A DNA stretch of 64,000 nt from assembly GCA_963849325.1 (NCBI GenBank), contig CAWKHF010000005.1, positions 448,001 through 512,000 on the forward strand, given 5' to 3'. Below are positions 10,869-21,734 of the stretch, in pieces. The notes under the pieces were generated by a model, which made no database searches, had not been told where the DNA came from, and worked only from the letters and a program-made list of their open reading frames with translations. The translations under genes were made by a program, and so were the position numbers. The first letter of the stretch is position 1. The number at the start of each line of letters is the position of its first letter. This stretch comes from an uncultured Planctomycetota bacterium. GTDB lineage: Bacteria > Planctomycetota > Planctomycetia > Gemmatales > Gemmataceae.

Positions 10869-11822
10869 ATGTCCGACGCCATCCCACATCGGCGCGTGTT
10901 GCTGGCCGCCGAACCCGGTGAGCGCGCCGCCTTCCGGGAGTTGTTCCAAACCGAGCCGTTACGCCACTGGGACGTCGTCGAGGCCGACAGCCTGGAGCGC
11001 GCGCGATTCGTGCTCCAGCTGGACCCCTGCGACGTTCTGCTGCTGGACGGCGGCCTGTATCGCGGCGGCGGCCGCGACGATTTCGCCTGGTTGGACGGCC
11101 AGCGGCAGGCGCCGGTGCTGTTCCTGGCCGACGGCGAGCCGGAGACGCTCGCCGCCGCCCTGCGGCAAGGGGCGCATTACTGGCTGCCGCGCAACGTGGC
11201 TCGGCGACACGCCTCGGTCCTTGCACTCATGCTCGGGCAGGCGGCGGCGTTCGGCGACGGCCAGAGGCGCGGCCGCGAGACCAGCGCCGCCCTGGAGGAC
11301 ACGCGCCGCCAGGTCAGCCGCCTGGTGAACCTGCTCTGGGAGGCGGTGCCCGGCGAGGGACGGGCACGCTGGTTCACCCAGCGGCACATGCTCGAACGGC
11401 TGGAAGAGGAAGTGACGCGCGCTCAGCGCTATGGCGGCCCGCTGGCGGTGGTCCTGGGCGAAATCGAAGGTCCGTCCTCCGATCGCGCCGCCGAGGAGGA
11501 CGCCGCGACGGAGGCGGCCTGGACCGCCGAGCAGGTCAGCCGAGTCAAGCGCCGTTCCGATGTGGCCGGGCAGTACGGGCTGCAAGGCTTCATGATGCTG
11601 CTGCCGCAGACGAACGAGGCCGGCGCCGTCGGCTGTTGCCGCCGGCTGCGTCCGCTGCTGGAACGGCCGGACCAGGCGGCCGGCCCGTTCGGCCGGCGGC
11701 ACGTCTCGTTCGGCATCGCCTGCTTCGGCCCGGATACGGCTTCGGTCCAAAGCCTGCTCCGCCGGGCCGAAGAGCGCCTGGAACGCATTAAACTCGGCAC
11801 GGCGGACGCGGTCGATTGTTGA
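10869..11822 (+). CDS. Receiver-like domain plus degenerate GGDEF-like domain protein
   Basis: N-terminal REC-like fold (CDVLLLD); C-terminal LEEEVTRAQRYGGPLAVVL..KRRSDVAGQYGLQGFMMLLP..VSFGIA, with GLQGF at the GGDEF position. Confidence 0.75.
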   Translation: MSDAIPHRRVLLAAEPGERAAFRELFQTEPLRHWDVVEADSLERARFVLQLDPCDVLLLDGGLYRGGGRDDFAWLDGQRQAPVLFLADGEPETLAAALRQGAHYWLPRNVARRHASVLALMLGQAAAFGDGQRRGRETSAALEDTRRQVSRLVNLLWEAVPGEGRARWFTQRHMLERLEEEVTRAQRYGGPLAVVLGEIEGPSSDRAAEEDAATEAAWTAEQVSRVKRRSDVAGQYGLQGFMMLLPQTNEAGAVGCCRRLRPLLERPDQAAGPFGRRHVSFGIACFGPDTASVQSLLRRAEERLERIKLGTADAVDC

Positions 11823-11893
11823 CCCGGACGGCTTTGTAGGCCACACTTGCATGGCCGCGCCGTTCCGGCGGGTCCCAAGGGAGTGACTCACCG

Positions 11894-14482
11894 ATGGCCC
11901 TCGAGTCCGTGCTCGCTCGCATTGTCCACGACCCGCACCTGCCCACGCCGGCGCCGTTGGCCCTGCGCGTGCTCGAGAAGGCGAGCCGACCCGACTGCTC
12001 TCTGGCCGACATCAGCGATCTCATCAGCCACGACGCCGGCCTGTGCGCCAAGCTCCTCAAAATCGTCAATTCCGCTTTCTTCGCCCTGCCGCACAAGGTA
12101 ACGGTCATCGGCCGGGCCTTGAATTTGCTGGGCCTGAAGCGCGTCCGCGCCCTGATCCTCGGCCTGTCGCTGCCGTCGATGCAGAAGCGCACCGCCGGCG
12201 ATGCCCGCATGAGCGATCACTGGAAGATCTCGGTCGCCACGGCCATGGCCGCCCGCGAGTGGGCCCTCGCCATCCACGACCCCGATCCCGAAAGCGAGAT
12301 GGTGGCCGCCCTGCTGTGCGACCTGGGCGCCCTCATTCTCCGCGAAGTCTGCCCCAATGAGTACGCTCGCGTGCTGGCCCATCCCGTCGAGGTCTTCGTC
12401 CGCCGCCAGTGCGAGCTGGAAGAGGAATACATCGGCGCCAACCATGCCGAGGTCGGCGCTCATCTGCTGCGCGGCTGGGGGCTGCCCGAAGACATCACCG
12501 AGGCCATCCGCCATCATCACCGCCCCGAGACGCTCAGCGGCCAAAGCCCGGTGGTGATCGGCCGCGCCTTCCGTCTGCATTTCGCCACGCTGATCGGCCA
12601 GCTCCAGATCGCTCCTGGCGAGCCGTCCCTGACCGCCGCCCTGCTGAAGTTGGCCAGCGAGCGCTTCCACCTCGACGATCAGCTGCTGCAGAAGTTTCTG
12701 GAGCCGCTGCACGAGAAGATCGACGAGTTCGCCGGCCTCATCAACGTCGAGATCGGCACCGCCTTGCAATATTCCTCGTTGCTGACGCGCACCACCGAAC
12801 AGCTGGCCCAGCTGGCCTCGGAGACGGCCCTGGAGAACATCCGCGTCCGCGAGGAGAAGGAGCAGACCGACTTGCTGCTCCAGCGCAGCGAGGAGGAGCT
12901 GGCGCGGTTGGCGCGCCAGCACGAACTGATCCTCCATGCGGCCGACGAAGGCATTTTCGGCGTCGATCGGCAGGGAATCATCACCTTCGCCAACCCGGCT
13001 GCGGCGCGCATGGCCGGCTGGTCTCGTGAGGAGCTGATCGGCCAGTTCCAGCACGACGTTCTGCGGCCGGCCGCAGCCGATCAGCCGACGCCCGCCTGGG
13101 AGGAGTCGCTGATTCACGCCGTCCTGCAAGACGGTCAGACGCGCCATCTGGAGGAGGGCCGCTTCACGCGCCAGGACGGCAGCCTGTTCCCGGTTCGCTG
13201 CACCTGCGCTCCGATGCACGAGCAGGACGTCCTCGTCGGCGCCGTCGTCACCTACCGCGACATCAGCGAGGTGAAGCAGGCCCGCGAGGCGCTGCGGCGC
13301 AGCGAGGAGCAGCTGCGACAGGCGCAGAAGATGGAGGCCATCGGCCAGCTGGCCGGCGGCGTCGCCCACGACTTCAACAACTTGCTGACCATCATCACCG
13401 GCTATAGCGATCTCCTCCTGGGCGGCGTGCTGGAACCGTCCCATCCGGCCCGCGAGTCGGTCCAGGAGGTCCTCAAGGCGGCCCACCGCGCCGGCACCCT
13501 GACGCGGCAGCTCTTGGCCTTCAGTCGCCGGCAGGTGATGGCCCCGCAACTGCTCGCGCTCAACAGCGTCGTGCAGGACATGGACAAGATGCTCCGCCGA
13601 CTCATCGGCGAGGACATCCAGCTGAGCAGCACCCTGTCGCCCGATCTCGATCCGGTGCGGGCCGACCCCGGCCAGATCGAGCAGGTCTTGCTCAACCTGG
13701 TCGTCAACGCCCGCGATGCCATGCCGCAGGGCGGCAACCTGACCATCGAGACGGCCAACGTCGTGCTCGACGAGACCTACGTGCGGATGCATCCGGGGAT
13801 TCGGCCGGGGCGTTTCGTGATGCTGGCGGTCACGGACACCGGCTGCGGCATGGATGAGGCCACGCAAGCGCGCATCTTCGAGCCGTTCTTCACGACCAAG
13901 GAAGTCGGCAAGGGCACCGGCCTGGGGTTGGCGACGGTCTATGGCATCGTCAAGCAGTCGCAGGGTTCCATCTACGTCTACAGCGAGCCGGGACGCGGCA
14001 CCTCGTTCAAGATTTACCTGCCGCGCGCCGAGGAAACAGCCGTCGCCGCGCCGCGACCCGCCGTCGCGCCGCCGCTCGCAAGGACGGGCGGCCACGAGAC
14101 GCTTCTCGTCGTCGAGGACGACGACGCCGTCCGCGCTCTGACGCGCACGGTGCTGCGCAACCACTCCTACGACGTCATCGAGGCGATCGATCCCGACGAC
14201 GCCCTGCGCTGGGTTGCCGAGCACGACGACCCCATTCACCTGCTGGTGACGGACGTGGTGATGCCGGGCATGAGCGGCCGGGTGCTGGCCGAGCGCTTGA
14301 CGGCGCTGCGGTCGGACCTGAAGGTGTTGTACGTCTCCGGCTACACCGACGATTCGGTGGTGCGTCACGGCTTGCTGGAAGCGGAGGTCGCGTTCTTGCA
14401 GAAGCCGTTCTCGCCCGACGCGCTGGCCCGCAAGGTCCGCGAAGTGCTCGATCAAGGCTTGTCCGGGAATAACCTCGTTTAG
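11894..14482 (+). CDS. HDOD-PAS hybrid histidine kinase with C-terminal receiver
   Basis: HDOD ([32 protein letters not shown]); PAS (FANPAA); H-box [32 protein letters not shown]. Confidence 0.93.
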   Translation: MALESVLARIVHDPHLPTPAPLALRVLEKASRPDCSLADISDLISHDAGLCAKLLKIVNSAFFALPHKVTVIGRALNLLGLKRVRALILGLSLPSMQKRTAGDARMSDHWKISVATAMAAREWALAIHDPDPESEMVAALLCDLGALILREVCPNEYARVLAHPVEVFVRRQCELEEEYIGANHAEVGAHLLRGWGLPEDITEAIRHHHRPETLSGQSPVVIGRAFRLHFATLIGQLQIAPGEPSLTAALLKLASERFHLDDQLLQKFLEPLHEKIDEFAGLINVEIGTALQYSSLLTRTTEQLAQLASETALENIRVREEKEQTDLLLQRSEEELARLARQHELILHAADEGIFGVDRQGIITFANPAAARMAGWSREELIGQFQHDVLRPAAADQPTPAWEESLIHAVLQDGQTRHLEEGRFTRQDGSLFPVRCTCAPMHEQDVLVGAVVTYRDISEVKQAREALRRSEEQLRQAQKMEAIGQLAGGVAHDFNNLLTIITGYSDLLLGGVLEPSHPARESVQEVLKAAHRAGTLTRQLLAFSRRQVMAPQLLALNSVVQDMDKMLRRLIGEDIQLSSTLSPDLDPVRADPGQIEQVLLNLVVNARDAMPQGGNLTIETANVVLDETYVRMHPGIRPGRFVMLAVTDTGCGMDEATQARIFEPFFTTKEVGKGTGLGLATVYGIVKQSQGSIYVYSEPGRGTSFKIYLPRAEETAVAAPRPAVAPPLARTGGHETLLVVEDDDAVRALTRTVLRNHSYDVIEAIDPDDALRWVAEHDDPIHLLVTDVVMPGMSGRVLAERLTALRSDLKVLYVSGYTDDSVVRHGLLEAEVAFLQKPFSPDALARKVREVLDQGLSGNNLV

Positions 14483-14532
14483 CCGCGACGCGCAGCGGAG
14501 CGCGCTGCTCGCTGCGCGTCGCGGCTAAACGA
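14475..14532. repeat. REP-like palindrome, family C (GTTTAGCCGCGACGCGCAGCGGAGCG), copy 1
   Basis: Inverted repeat between convergent genes; contains the kinase TAG stop. Confidence 0.9.
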
Positions 14533-14543
14533 AGGAATCGAAA

Positions 14544-16359
14544 CTATTCACGTCCCTGCGATGCCTTGGCCTCCAACTCCTGCCAGCGGGCATAAAGGCG
14601 CTCGACGACACCCTGGGCTTCCTCCAGCGCCCGGCAGGCGTCGGCCAGGGCGACATGACCGGCCGTCGCGGCGCGCTCCACCTCGGCCTGGCGCCCGACG
14701 ACCACCTCCTCGGCGGCGAGGATGGCGTCTTCCATCTGCTCCCACTCCTGCTGCTCGCGGTAGCTGAGCTTGCGCGGTTTCGGCGCCGCGAGAGTCGGGC
14801 GCGGAGTGGGCGACGCCGCCGGCTTGACGGTCTCCGTCGAGACACGCTCGTAAGCCGACAGCCATTGGGCGACGCTGCCGTACAGCGCCGCGCCGCCGCG
14901 ACCGTCGAGTCCGATCACCTCCGTGCATAGCCGATCCGTCAATTCGCGGTCGTGGCTGACCAGCACCAGCGCCCCGGAAAACTCCGCCAGGCTGTCTTCC
15001 AGCACCTCCAGGGCCGGGATGTCGAGGTCGTTGGTCGGCTCGTCGAGCAGCAGCAGGTCGGCCGGCCGCAGCATGAGCTGGGCGATGCGGACGCGGGCCT
15101 GCTCGCCGCCGGAGAGCGAACCGACCGGCACGTCCAGCTGCTCCGGACGAAAGAGAAACTGCTTGGCCCAGGCGGCGACGTGCAGCCGACGGTCGCCGTG
15201 GATCACGGTGTCGCCGTTGGGGCATAGCGCTTGCCGCAGCGTCGCCGACGGATCGAGCGCCGCTCGTCCCTGCTCGAACATCACCGTCCGCAACCCCTCG
15301 GCCCGCGTGATGCTGCCGGCGTCGGCGTCGATCTCGCCGGCCAGGACGCGCAGCAGAGTGCTCTTGCCGCTGCCGTTGGGGCCGAGCAGTCCGAGTTTGG
15401 TACCCGGCGACAGCGTCAGGTCGAGGCCGGCGAACAGCGGCCGACCGCCGAGCGACTTGGCGATGCCGGCGGCGGTGAGCAGTTTGCGCGTCTGCCGGCC
15501 GGTGGCGACGAAGTCGATGCCGGCCGAGCCGGCCGCGGCATTGCGGTACTTCAACTCCTCCAACTCCTCGCGGCGTCGGGCGGCGTCGTCGATGCGAAAG
15601 CCGGCCTTGCGCGTCTGCGCCGCCGCCTTGCGTCCCAGCCACTCCGTCTCGCGGCGAACCTGGTTGGCGACCGATTCCTGCCGGCGCGCCTGGGCGTCGA
15701 GGAACTCCTCGCGGCGCTCGAGCGAACTCATCGTAGGGGCCGGCCGCGCGGAAGGAGCCGCCGGGATAGACGCGGCTGATCTCGAGGATGTCGTCGGCCA
15801 CCGCGCGCAGAAAGGCCCGGTCGTGCGTGGCGACGACGTAGCCGAAAGGAGCGGCGCGCAGCAGCCGTTCCAGCCAGACGATGCCGGGCAGGTCGAGATG
15901 GTTGGTCGGTTCGTCGAGCAGGAGCAGGTCGGGCCGGCGCACCAGCTCGCGGGCCAGCGCCAGCCGCTTGCGCCAGCCGCCGGAGAGAACGTCGGCCGGC
16001 TGCTCGGGGTCAAGAAAGCCCATCTGCGTCAGGGTGATGGCGGCGCGGGTCTCGCGCTCGTGCTCCTCGATCGGTTCGCCGATGAGGGCGGCGAGCAACA
16101 CGTCATGGACGCTCTGCCCGTCGGTGAAAACGTCGTCCTGGGCGAGGTAGCCGAGGCGGACGGTTCGGCGCAGAGAGCGCGTGCCGGCGTCCGGCTCCTC
16201 GCGTCCGGCCAGCAGACGCAACAGCGTCGATTTGCCGGAGCCGTTGGGACCGATCAGGCCGACGCGCTCGCCGGCGCGGAGGTCGAGAGACAGGTCGGTG
16301 AACAGCGGCCGAGGGCCGTAGCCCTTGGTCAGCCCTTGTACGCTCAGCAGCACGGTCAT
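14544..16359 (-). CDS. uup: ABC-F family ATPase, Uup-like; frameshift near 15725
   Basis: Two ABC domains (GPNGSGKSTLL, LSGG, LLLDEPTN twice), no TM segment, C-terminal KLSYREQQE coiled coil. Confidence 0.85.
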
Positions 16360-16468
16360 GTCAGCCCCAACCGCGGGACGGTCTTTCCCCGGCGAGACGG
16401 CCCCGCCGTGTTCCTCTTTTATTGCTCGCAGAACGGGGAGGCCGCGGCAAGGGCGAACATCTCGGGAT

Positions 16469-16524
16469 ACAAGCCGCGAGCGCCAGCGAGCGGCGGCCAC
16501 CGCTCGCTGGCGCTCGCGGCTTGT
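16469..16524. repeat. REP-like palindrome related to family B
   Basis: ACAAGCCGCGAGCGCCAGCGAGCGG and its perfect complement around a short loop. Confidence 0.88.
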
Positions 16525-16579
16525 GCCTGCTTTTCCGCCGTGTTATCGTGACAATAACTTCTGAGGTCTCGCCGCCGCG

Positions 16580-17664
16580 ATGATGCCGCAGTTTGCCAAT
16601 CCTGTTTGTCTCTGGTTGATGCTGATCGTACCACTCCTGCTGGGGTGGTCGCTGCGCCGGCGGCGCAACGCCCTGCGGCATCCGGTCGCCGGTTTCCTGA
16701 TCGGGACTGCCGGCCGGCAAGGCTCGCCTCGCCCGCTGGGGTCCCGGCATCCTGCGCGGGCTGGCCCTGCTGTTGATCGTGATGGCCCTGGCCGGCCCGC
16801 GCTGGCCGGACCTGCGCACGCGCATCGACACCGAGGGCATCGCCCTCGTCATGCTCGTCGATGTCAGCGGCAGCATGGCCGAACGCGATTTCGACTGGCG
16901 CGGCGAACCGATCGGCCGACTCGACGCCGTCAAGAAGGTCTTTCACCTGTTCGTCTCCGGCGGCGCCGGTCCCGAGGACACGGGAGATGGGACCGATCTG
17001 TCCGCTTTCCAGGGCCGGCCGACCGACCTCATTGGCCTGGTGACGTTCGCCACGCGGCCGGAGACCGCCTGTCCGCTGACACTCAGTCATTCCGTCCTGC
17101 TGCGCCTGCTCGATGACGAGCAGCCGCGCCGCATCCCCGGCGAGTCGGAGACGAACCTCAGCGACGCCGTGGCGCTGGGGCTGCATCGTCTCCACGCCGC
17201 CGGGCCGCGCCGCAAGGTGCTGGTGCTGCTCAGCGACGGCGAGCACAACGTCCCGCAGCCGCGCTCCGGCTGGACGCCGCGCCAGGCCGCGCAGGTGGCC
17301 AACGGCCTGCACGTTCCCATCTACGCCATCGACGCGGGCGGTCCCGGCGCCTCGGTGACAAAACTGGCTGCGAAGGAAGCAGAGAGGAGCGAAGGCGTCG
17401 CCAGTCCGGGCGAGGTCCGCGCCCAGGCGGTGCGGACGCTGGAAGAGATGGCCCACATCACGCACGGGCAGTATTTCCAGGCCCGCGATACGAAGGGCCT
17501 GCTGAGCGCCTGCCGCGCCATCGACGCCCTGGAGCGCAGCGACATCCGCAGTTTCCAGTACCGCCGGTATCATGAAGCGTATCCGTGGTTCGGCCTGGCG
17601 GCGTTCGCGCTGTTGGCGGTGCGCCCTGGGGCTGGAACGAACGGTATGGCGGCGAATCCCGTGA
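16580..17664 (+). CDS. BatA-like vWA membrane protein; frameshifts near 16700-16740 and 17625
   Basis: N-terminus FANPVCLWLML; ALAGPRW; MIDAS DVSGSM; VLLSDGE; C-terminal LERTVWRRIP with TGA at 17662-17664. Confidence 0.8.
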
Positions 17665-17695
17665 CGGGGTTGCTTGCGGCGAAAGACATCCGGAT

Positions 17696-18741
17696 ATGTT
17701 GCGTCACGCATTTGCCCATCCCTGGACTGTTGTGGTTCCTGGCGGTGTTGCCGCTGCTGGGGGTGCTGGGGTTGTGGAGTGCGCGGCGGCGACGGTGGGC
17801 GTTGGCGCGGCTGGGCGAACCGGCGGCGGTCGAGATGCAGCTGACGGCGCGACCCGGTTGGCGATGGCTGCGCGGCCTGTGTTTGCTGCTGGGCCTGCTT
17901 GGCCTGGGCCTGGGCATGGCCGGGCCGCAGTGGGGACGCGATTGGGACCAGTCGGCGGCGCCGGGCCGCGATCTCGTCGTCGTCCTCGATTGCAGTCGCA
18001 GCATGCTCGCCGAGACGCCCAGCCGGCTCGAACGGGCGCGGACGGCCCTGCTCGACCTGGCCAACGCGGTCGAGACAGCGCGGCGGCCATCGCCTCGCCC
18101 TGGTCTTCTGCGCCGGCAAGGCGCGGTTGGCCTGCCCCTTGACGCACGATTACGACCACTTCCGCTCTCGATTGGATGACATCGAGTCCGCGGCCCGCGA
18201 GCGCGACCTGGAGCCAGGTCCGGGCCAGCCCTCCGGCACGCGCCTGGGGCAAGCCCTGGCCCTGGCCGTCGTCGCCGATGAGGGACGCTCGCCGGAGACG
18301 CGCGACGTCCTGCTGCTCTCCGACGGCGACGACCCGGCCCGCGACGGCGAATGGCGACAGGGCGCTCGCATCGCCGTCGCTCTCGGCATCCGCATCCACA
18401 CCATCGGTATTGGCGACCCGAACACGGACAGCGTTATCCGTCTCGACAGCGGCCCCCTGCTGCACGACGGTCAACCCGTCCACACGCGCCTCGAAGAAGC
18501 GCCTCTACGCGAGATCGCCGAGTTGACCGGCGGCGTCTACGTCCCGGCCCGCACTCGCGCCTTGCCGCTGGGCGCGCTGTACCTCGATACCATCGCCAAT
18601 CAACCGCAGCGCGAGGACAGCGATGACGCTCTGCCCACGTATCAACAGCGCTATGCGTGGTTTCTCGGGCCGGCACTCGGTTTCCTGGCGCTGGTCCTGT
18701 TCCTCGGCGATGGCTCCATGCGGATGAAAGCGATCCGGTGA
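17696..18741 (+). CDS. BatB-like vWA membrane protein; frameshifts near 17725 and 18075
   Basis: MLRHAFAHPW; MAGPQWG; DCSRSM..PSRLERA; CPLTHDY; LLSDGD; TRLEEAPLREIA; C-terminal TM. Confidence 0.8.
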
Positions 18742-18746
18742 GTCGT

Positions 18747-18840
18747 AATGAAAAATGAAAAATATAAAATGAAAAATGAAAAATGGAAGAGACGAAGAAT
18801 ACCGCGCCTCCTTGTCTCCTTGTCTCCTTGTCTCCTTGTC
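18747..18840 (+). repeat. Degenerate AATGAAA heptamer array (18747-18785) followed by a CTCCTTGT octamer array x4 (18808-18839)
   Basis: Directly visible tandem repeats; AT-rich against the flanking DNA. Confidence 0.9.
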
Positions 18841-19660
18841 TTGTTCCTGCTGGGCGCGTCGTCGCGGGGCGATCCGCGGCAATTGCTGCAACAAGGACAC
18901 GCGGCGTTCGCGCGCGGCGACTACGCCGGAGCGGCGATGTGGTACGAACAGGCCGAGCTTTGCAGTACCGATCCGGCCGAGGTAGCGTTCTATCTCGCCG
19001 CCGCGAAGTATCACCTGGCCGCGAAGACGGAAGGACCGTCGCCGGAATTGCGCGAGGCGGAGCAACTGTATCGCTGCTGCCTCGATCCAGCGGACCCGCG
19101 CCGACCACGCGCCTTGTACGGCCTGGGCAACTGTCTGCTGCGCCAAGCGGCCGACCGGCGACGCCGCCGGCTTGCGCACGGCGATCACTTGTTACGATCA
19201 GTGCTTGCAGAGCGCCGGCGACGACGAAGCGTTGACCGCCGACGCCCGCTACAATCGAGAGAAGGCTCGATTGCTGCTGTCTCAATACCAGCCGCCTCCC
19301 GGCGGCCCACCAGGCGACAAGCCGCCCAGCGATGAGGCGAATCCGCCGCCGCCTCGACCCGATTCGCGTCCGAATGCGCCCGTGACAGGTGGCGAGCAAG
19401 GCACCGACGGCAACGCCGACCCCCGAGCCGTGGACGGCACCGTCAAACCGGAGCCAGGAACAGCCACGACGACCGACGCGCCGCCGCCACCGGGCAAAGG
19501 CAACCTGCCGCCGGTCCCCGATCAGGTGGACGTGCCGCCGCTGTCGGCCCACGACGCCGCCGAACATCTGGAGTCGGCCGCCCAGAAAGTGCGGCAAGAA
19601 CGGCAGGCGCATCACCGCCGCGGCGAACGCGCTTCCGCCACGGGAGTGAAAGATTGGTGA
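18748..19660 (+). CDS. BatC-like TPR protein; frameshift near 19160
   Basis: TPR-like GHAAFARGDYAGA, ALYGLGNC and ARYNREKA; Pro-rich linker; ends KDW, as BatC proteins typically do. Confidence 0.75.
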
Positions 19661-19670
19661 AACAGACCTC

Positions 19671-20696
19671 ATGCGCACGGCTCGCTTCGCTCTAGTCCTG
19701 CTGACGCTGCTCGTCCCGAGGGCCGAGCCGGACGAGAAGGCGCAAGCCGACGACATCCCCGTGGTGGGCCGGCCCAGCGATCTGCCTTTCAGCGAAGCCA
19801 GCGGATGGTTCACGGTACGAGCGCAGGCTGAACCGATCACCGTGGAAGCGGAAACGACCCTCACGTTCACGGTCTCGGTGCGCGCCACGCGCCCGGCGCG
19901 GCGGCCGCCGCAGCGGATCGACCTCCGCCAACTGCCGGCGTTCGCCGAGCGCTTTTACATCGAGGAACCCGGCAGCGACGAACCCGAGCGGCCCGATGAC
20001 CGCACCTGGGAGTTCCGCTACCGTCTCAAGCCGCGCCGCACCGGCGTGACCGAGATCCCCAGCGTGCCCTTCGTCTACTTCAACCCGTACCTGCGAACCG
20101 CCCGCAAGGGCTTCCAGGTCCTCTACACCGACCCCATCCCTCTGCACGTTCTGCCGCACGAAAGTGTACAGGTGCCCGTGCAGGCGCCGGACAACGCCTT
20201 CGTCCTCGCCACGGGGCCGAAACTGCTGGAGCGATGGACGACGTGGACGCCGGGAATCGGGACGAGCCTCGCCCTGTTGCTGGCGCCGCCGATTAGCTGC
20301 GTCCTCTGGTACGTCTGCTGGCGCCGGTTGTATCCGGACGCGGCGCGGCAGGCGAAGCAACGGCGCAGCCGCGCCGCCCGGCAGGCGTTGGCGCTGCTGT
20401 ACGCCGTGCGCCGGCTCGGCTCGGCCGAGCGCGCCACACGGACGGCCGCCATCGTGGCCGACTACCTGCGGCAGCGTCTCGACCTGGCCATCGCCGAACC
20501 GACGCCGGGCGAGGTCGCCGAGTTGTTCGCACAGCGGGGCCGTTCGCCGACGCTGGCCGAGCAGGCCGTCCGCTTCTTCGAGCAGTGCGACCGTCGTCGC
20601 TTCCTGCCGGCGTCCGGGACTACACAATCGGACCTGCCGGACATCGCCTCCCAGTTCATCCTCGCCGTGGAGGAAGGTGACAAGGTGACAAGGTGA
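19671..20696 (+). CDS. BatD-like protein
   Basis: Signal peptide; beta-rich domain (FRYRLKPRRTGVTEIPSVPFVYFNP); TM helix; position within the bat operon. Confidence 0.75.
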   Translation: MRTARFALVLLTLLVPRAEPDEKAQADDIPVVGRPSDLPFSEASGWFTVRAQAEPITVEAETTLTFTVSVRATRPARRPPQRIDLRQLPAFAERFYIEEPGSDEPERPDDRTWEFRYRLKPRRTGVTEIPSVPFVYFNPYLRTARKGFQVLYTDPIPLHVLPHESVQVPVQAPDNAFVLATGPKLLERWTTWTPGIGTSLALLLAPPISCVLWYVCWRRLYPDAARQAKQRRSRAARQALALLYAVRRLGSAERATRTAAIVADYLRQRLDLAIAEPTPGEVAELFAQRGRSPTLAEQAVRFFEQCDRRRFLPASGTTQSDLPDIASQFILAVEEGDKVTR

Positions 20697-20824
20697 CAAG
20701 GTGACAAGGTGAGAATTATGGCGGGAAAAGTAAACAATCAGCTACATCCGGAGTTGGGGAAGACTGGCTTCTGTCTTTGTCTCCTTGTCACCTTGTCACC
20801 TTGTCACCTTGTCACCTTGTCACC
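20674..20824. repeat. Inverted octamer arrays: (AAGGTGAC)x~5, spacer, (CCTTGTCA)x5
   Basis: 20674-20712 and 20783-20824 are reverse-complementary tandem arrays. Confidence 0.93.
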
Positions 20825-21560
20825 ATCAGAGGTGGCCGAGTGCGCCGTAAGTGCCTTTCAGGAGGGCGTGCGTCTGCGCCAGGCCGCGGACCAGGCTCGA
20901 CCGCACTTCCGCGCCGCCGCCGCCTCGTTTGACGAACTGCGTCGTCGCGGCGTCCACAATCCCGCTCTGTATCGCAACCTGGGCAATGCCTCCCTTCTGG
21001 CCGGCGACCTGCCTCGTGCCATCCTGTCCTACCATCGCGGTCTGCGTCTAGCGCCGAACGATCTCGCCCTGCGCGAGGGTCTCGCCGAGGCGCGCGAACG
21101 GGTGGTGTATCCGGCGTCGGGCAGCCTGGGCCGGCCGCTCAGCGATCCGCGCCCGCCGTGGCTACCGCAGCCGCGAACGGAGTGGCTGCTCACGGCGTCG
21201 GCCCTCTGCTACACGTTGGCGTGGACGTGGGCGACGCGCTGGCTGATGGTGCGCCGCGGCCGGCTGCTGGCCGGGGGAATGGTTGCCCTGCTGCTCGCCG
21301 GGCTGCTGTCGGTTTGGCTGCTCACGCTCACACGGGAGGAGAGGGACCGGGACGAGCATCCGCTGGTGGTGATCGCGCGCGACGGCGTTCGCCTGCGCCG
21401 CGGCAACGGCATGGTGTTTCCGGCGCGCTATGACACGCCGATCCCTCGCGGCGTCGAGGCGCGGCTGCGGTTCGAGCGCGGCGGTTGGGTGCGGATCGAG
21501 CTGTCCGGCGGCGAAATCGGCTGGGTGCCGCGCGACGCCGTGCTGGTGGACTCTCCTTGA
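20718..21560 (+). CDS. BatE-like TPR + TM + SH3b protein
   Basis: LYRNLGNASLLAGDLPRAILSYHRGLRLAP; two TM helices; C-terminal GWVRIELSGGEIGWVP. Start uncertain (GTG 20709 or ATG 20718). Confidence 0.8.
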   Translation: MAGKVNNQLHPELGKTGFCLCLLVTLSPCHLVTLSPSEVAECAVSAFQEGVRLRQAADQARPHFRAAAASFDELRRRGVHNPALYRNLGNASLLAGDLPRAILSYHRGLRLAPNDLALREGLAEARERVVYPASGSLGRPLSDPRPPWLPQPRTEWLLTASALCYTLAWTWATRWLMVRRGRLLAGGMVALLLAGLLSVWLLTLTREERDRDEHPLVVIARDGVRLRRGNGMVFPARYDTPIPRGVEARLRFERGGWVRIELSGGEIGWVPRDAVLVDSP

Positions 21561-21734
21561 CCGATACCGCTCACCGGGGTTGAAATCGCATCTCTCCCCT
21601 ATCAGCGACCCACCCCTCGGGATACAATACGAGTTGGAGACGACACCGCGATTTGCTTGCGCGGAGGCCCACGGACGAGCGGCAATGGCGCCATCGGCTC
21701 TCCTCACGCCAGCTGAAGCCGAAGGAAACCCATC

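Noticed and set aside
11888-14455. Long antisense ORFs (for example 11888-14455, 1248-3602, 46067-48244, 60405-61994)
   Set aside because: Shadow ORFs of GC-rich genes on the opposite strand, with no recognisable motifs.
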